A DNA stretch of 62,568 nt, the filler included, from Catajapyx aquilonaris (taxonomy: Eukaryota): NCBI GenBank assembly GCA_000934665.2. It is 3 parts of 3 records of this genome, joined end to end, with 100 filler letters (N's around TTAATTAATTAA, not from the genome) between each part and the next. Parts side by side here need not be neighbours in the genome. Positions count along the whole stretch, not along the records: positions 41,786 to 62,568 come from JYFJ02006198.1; 2 more parts are not named here. One strand, given 5' to 3'. The notes beneath the pieces are model-generated. The model made no database searches. It was not told the DNA's origin and worked only from the letters and a program-made list of their open reading frames with translations. Made by a program: the position numbers and the translations under genes. This document shows positions 61,509-62,568 of this stretch, in pieces (position 1 is the stretch's first letter; each line of letters begins with the position of its first letter).

Positions 61509-62568
61509 TTAACAGGTCTAATTCCTCGGTGTCTGCTTTGATTCGGTCAATAGTTTCAAACGCTTTACCAGATAGTTTTTTCATCTTATGAGCCAAAGAC
61601 GAGTCTATGTGTTCCATTGTGTATATGGCAGTCTCATAAGAGTTCTCCAGAATCGGCATCATAATTGCATCTTCTTTCGCCTTCCGAGCCGTGTTGTCCA
61701 TGAAAGGAAACTCAACCTTCAATGGCTTACCAGCACGGCATTTTATGGCGTAAGACAAGCTGTGAATTTTGGCCAGTTCTTTCATGACAAAGCAGCAGTG
61801 GTCATAGTCCAGTCCTCCTCTTCTGTCAGCCATTTTATATCCAAGCACCGCCAGATTCTCAAACACCAGAAATTCCGAATATTTCAGTGAAGAGTAAAAA
61901 TCCGGAACCTCCAGAGCCGGATAACGACTAGTGAATAACTCCCAAGGACGACACTAAAGGTTTTCACTATTACGTAAGAACTGACTCATCAGTGTGGCAC
62001 GTAAGCAAACATGAAAAATTCAAACGTATTTTACGAGCACAGAATATATTGTATGAGATATATGGACTTCAATGGGATATTCACACGACATTGGCCTTGA
62101 CTCGTCAGCTACTGCAGTACATTTCCTGTCATATTATGTAATAAAAATTACTTAAAATATGTCATTTAATTTTTTACAGTCAAAATTGGTTAGCCACAAC
62201 CTGTCGTGATTCCCGCTCCTCATTTATCTAGATGCTGGAGAGGACAGTCGATAAATTGTCCATCTGTCGGACCGATGCTTAACCATGTGAGATATTGAGC
62301 CAAGGGCATAATTTCATTATCCACATAGGATGGCGAGCCGATGCCGAATCCAAGAGCTTCGGCAAAATGCCGCCAGGTGGCTGCAAATAAAAAAAGGACA
62401 AAATGCGGGTTTTGCGATGGCGCGCGTTGCACATACTTATAATTTTAACAGCAACCATTTAGCCCGCTATTATGGGCAGCATATTGACCATAATAATAAA
62501 ACATAATAATAATTATTATGTCTTTGCGCGGCAGATTTGAATGCGCCAAGACTGATTTCCTTCTTTAT

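Larger units (their letters stand above)
59752..61917 (-). pseudogene. EcKL copy 9 (divergent), interrupted by a hAT insertion; N-terminal ~120 codons not visible in window
   Basis: 61509-61917 reads ALEVPDFYSSLK...DTEELDLL and 59752-60257 reads SHGDFGVNN...ILDLQ...HDIGLI. Removing the insert and one TSD restores the frame. Confidence 0.75.

Overview
Eukaryotic genomic scaffold, most likely from an insect (EcKL genes, insect-type SINEs and MITEs), with three N-gaps. Bases 1-41.6 kb are an extremely TE-dense zone. It holds nested Tc1/mariner, pogo, piggyBac, hAT, EnSpm, Transib and Sola-like elements, tRNA-derived SINEs, a LINE split by insertions, a Gypsy gag remnant and solo LTRs. It also contains one short ankyrin-repeat ORF and a decayed ~1.4-kb minus-strand reading frame that resembles the N-terminus of a negative-strand RNA virus L protein (candidate endogenous viral element). 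Bases 41.8-61.9 kb hold a minus-strand tandem array of nine ecdysteroid-kinase-like (EcKL/DUF227) genes with intronless CDSs: seven complete, one cut by a gap, one interrupted by a transposon. The array shows a recombinant gene, an exact 75-nt in-frame swap for TE-like DNA, hypervariable blocks, and a hAT insertion that could be spliced out in frame. All family assignments come from manual motif recognition; no searches were run.
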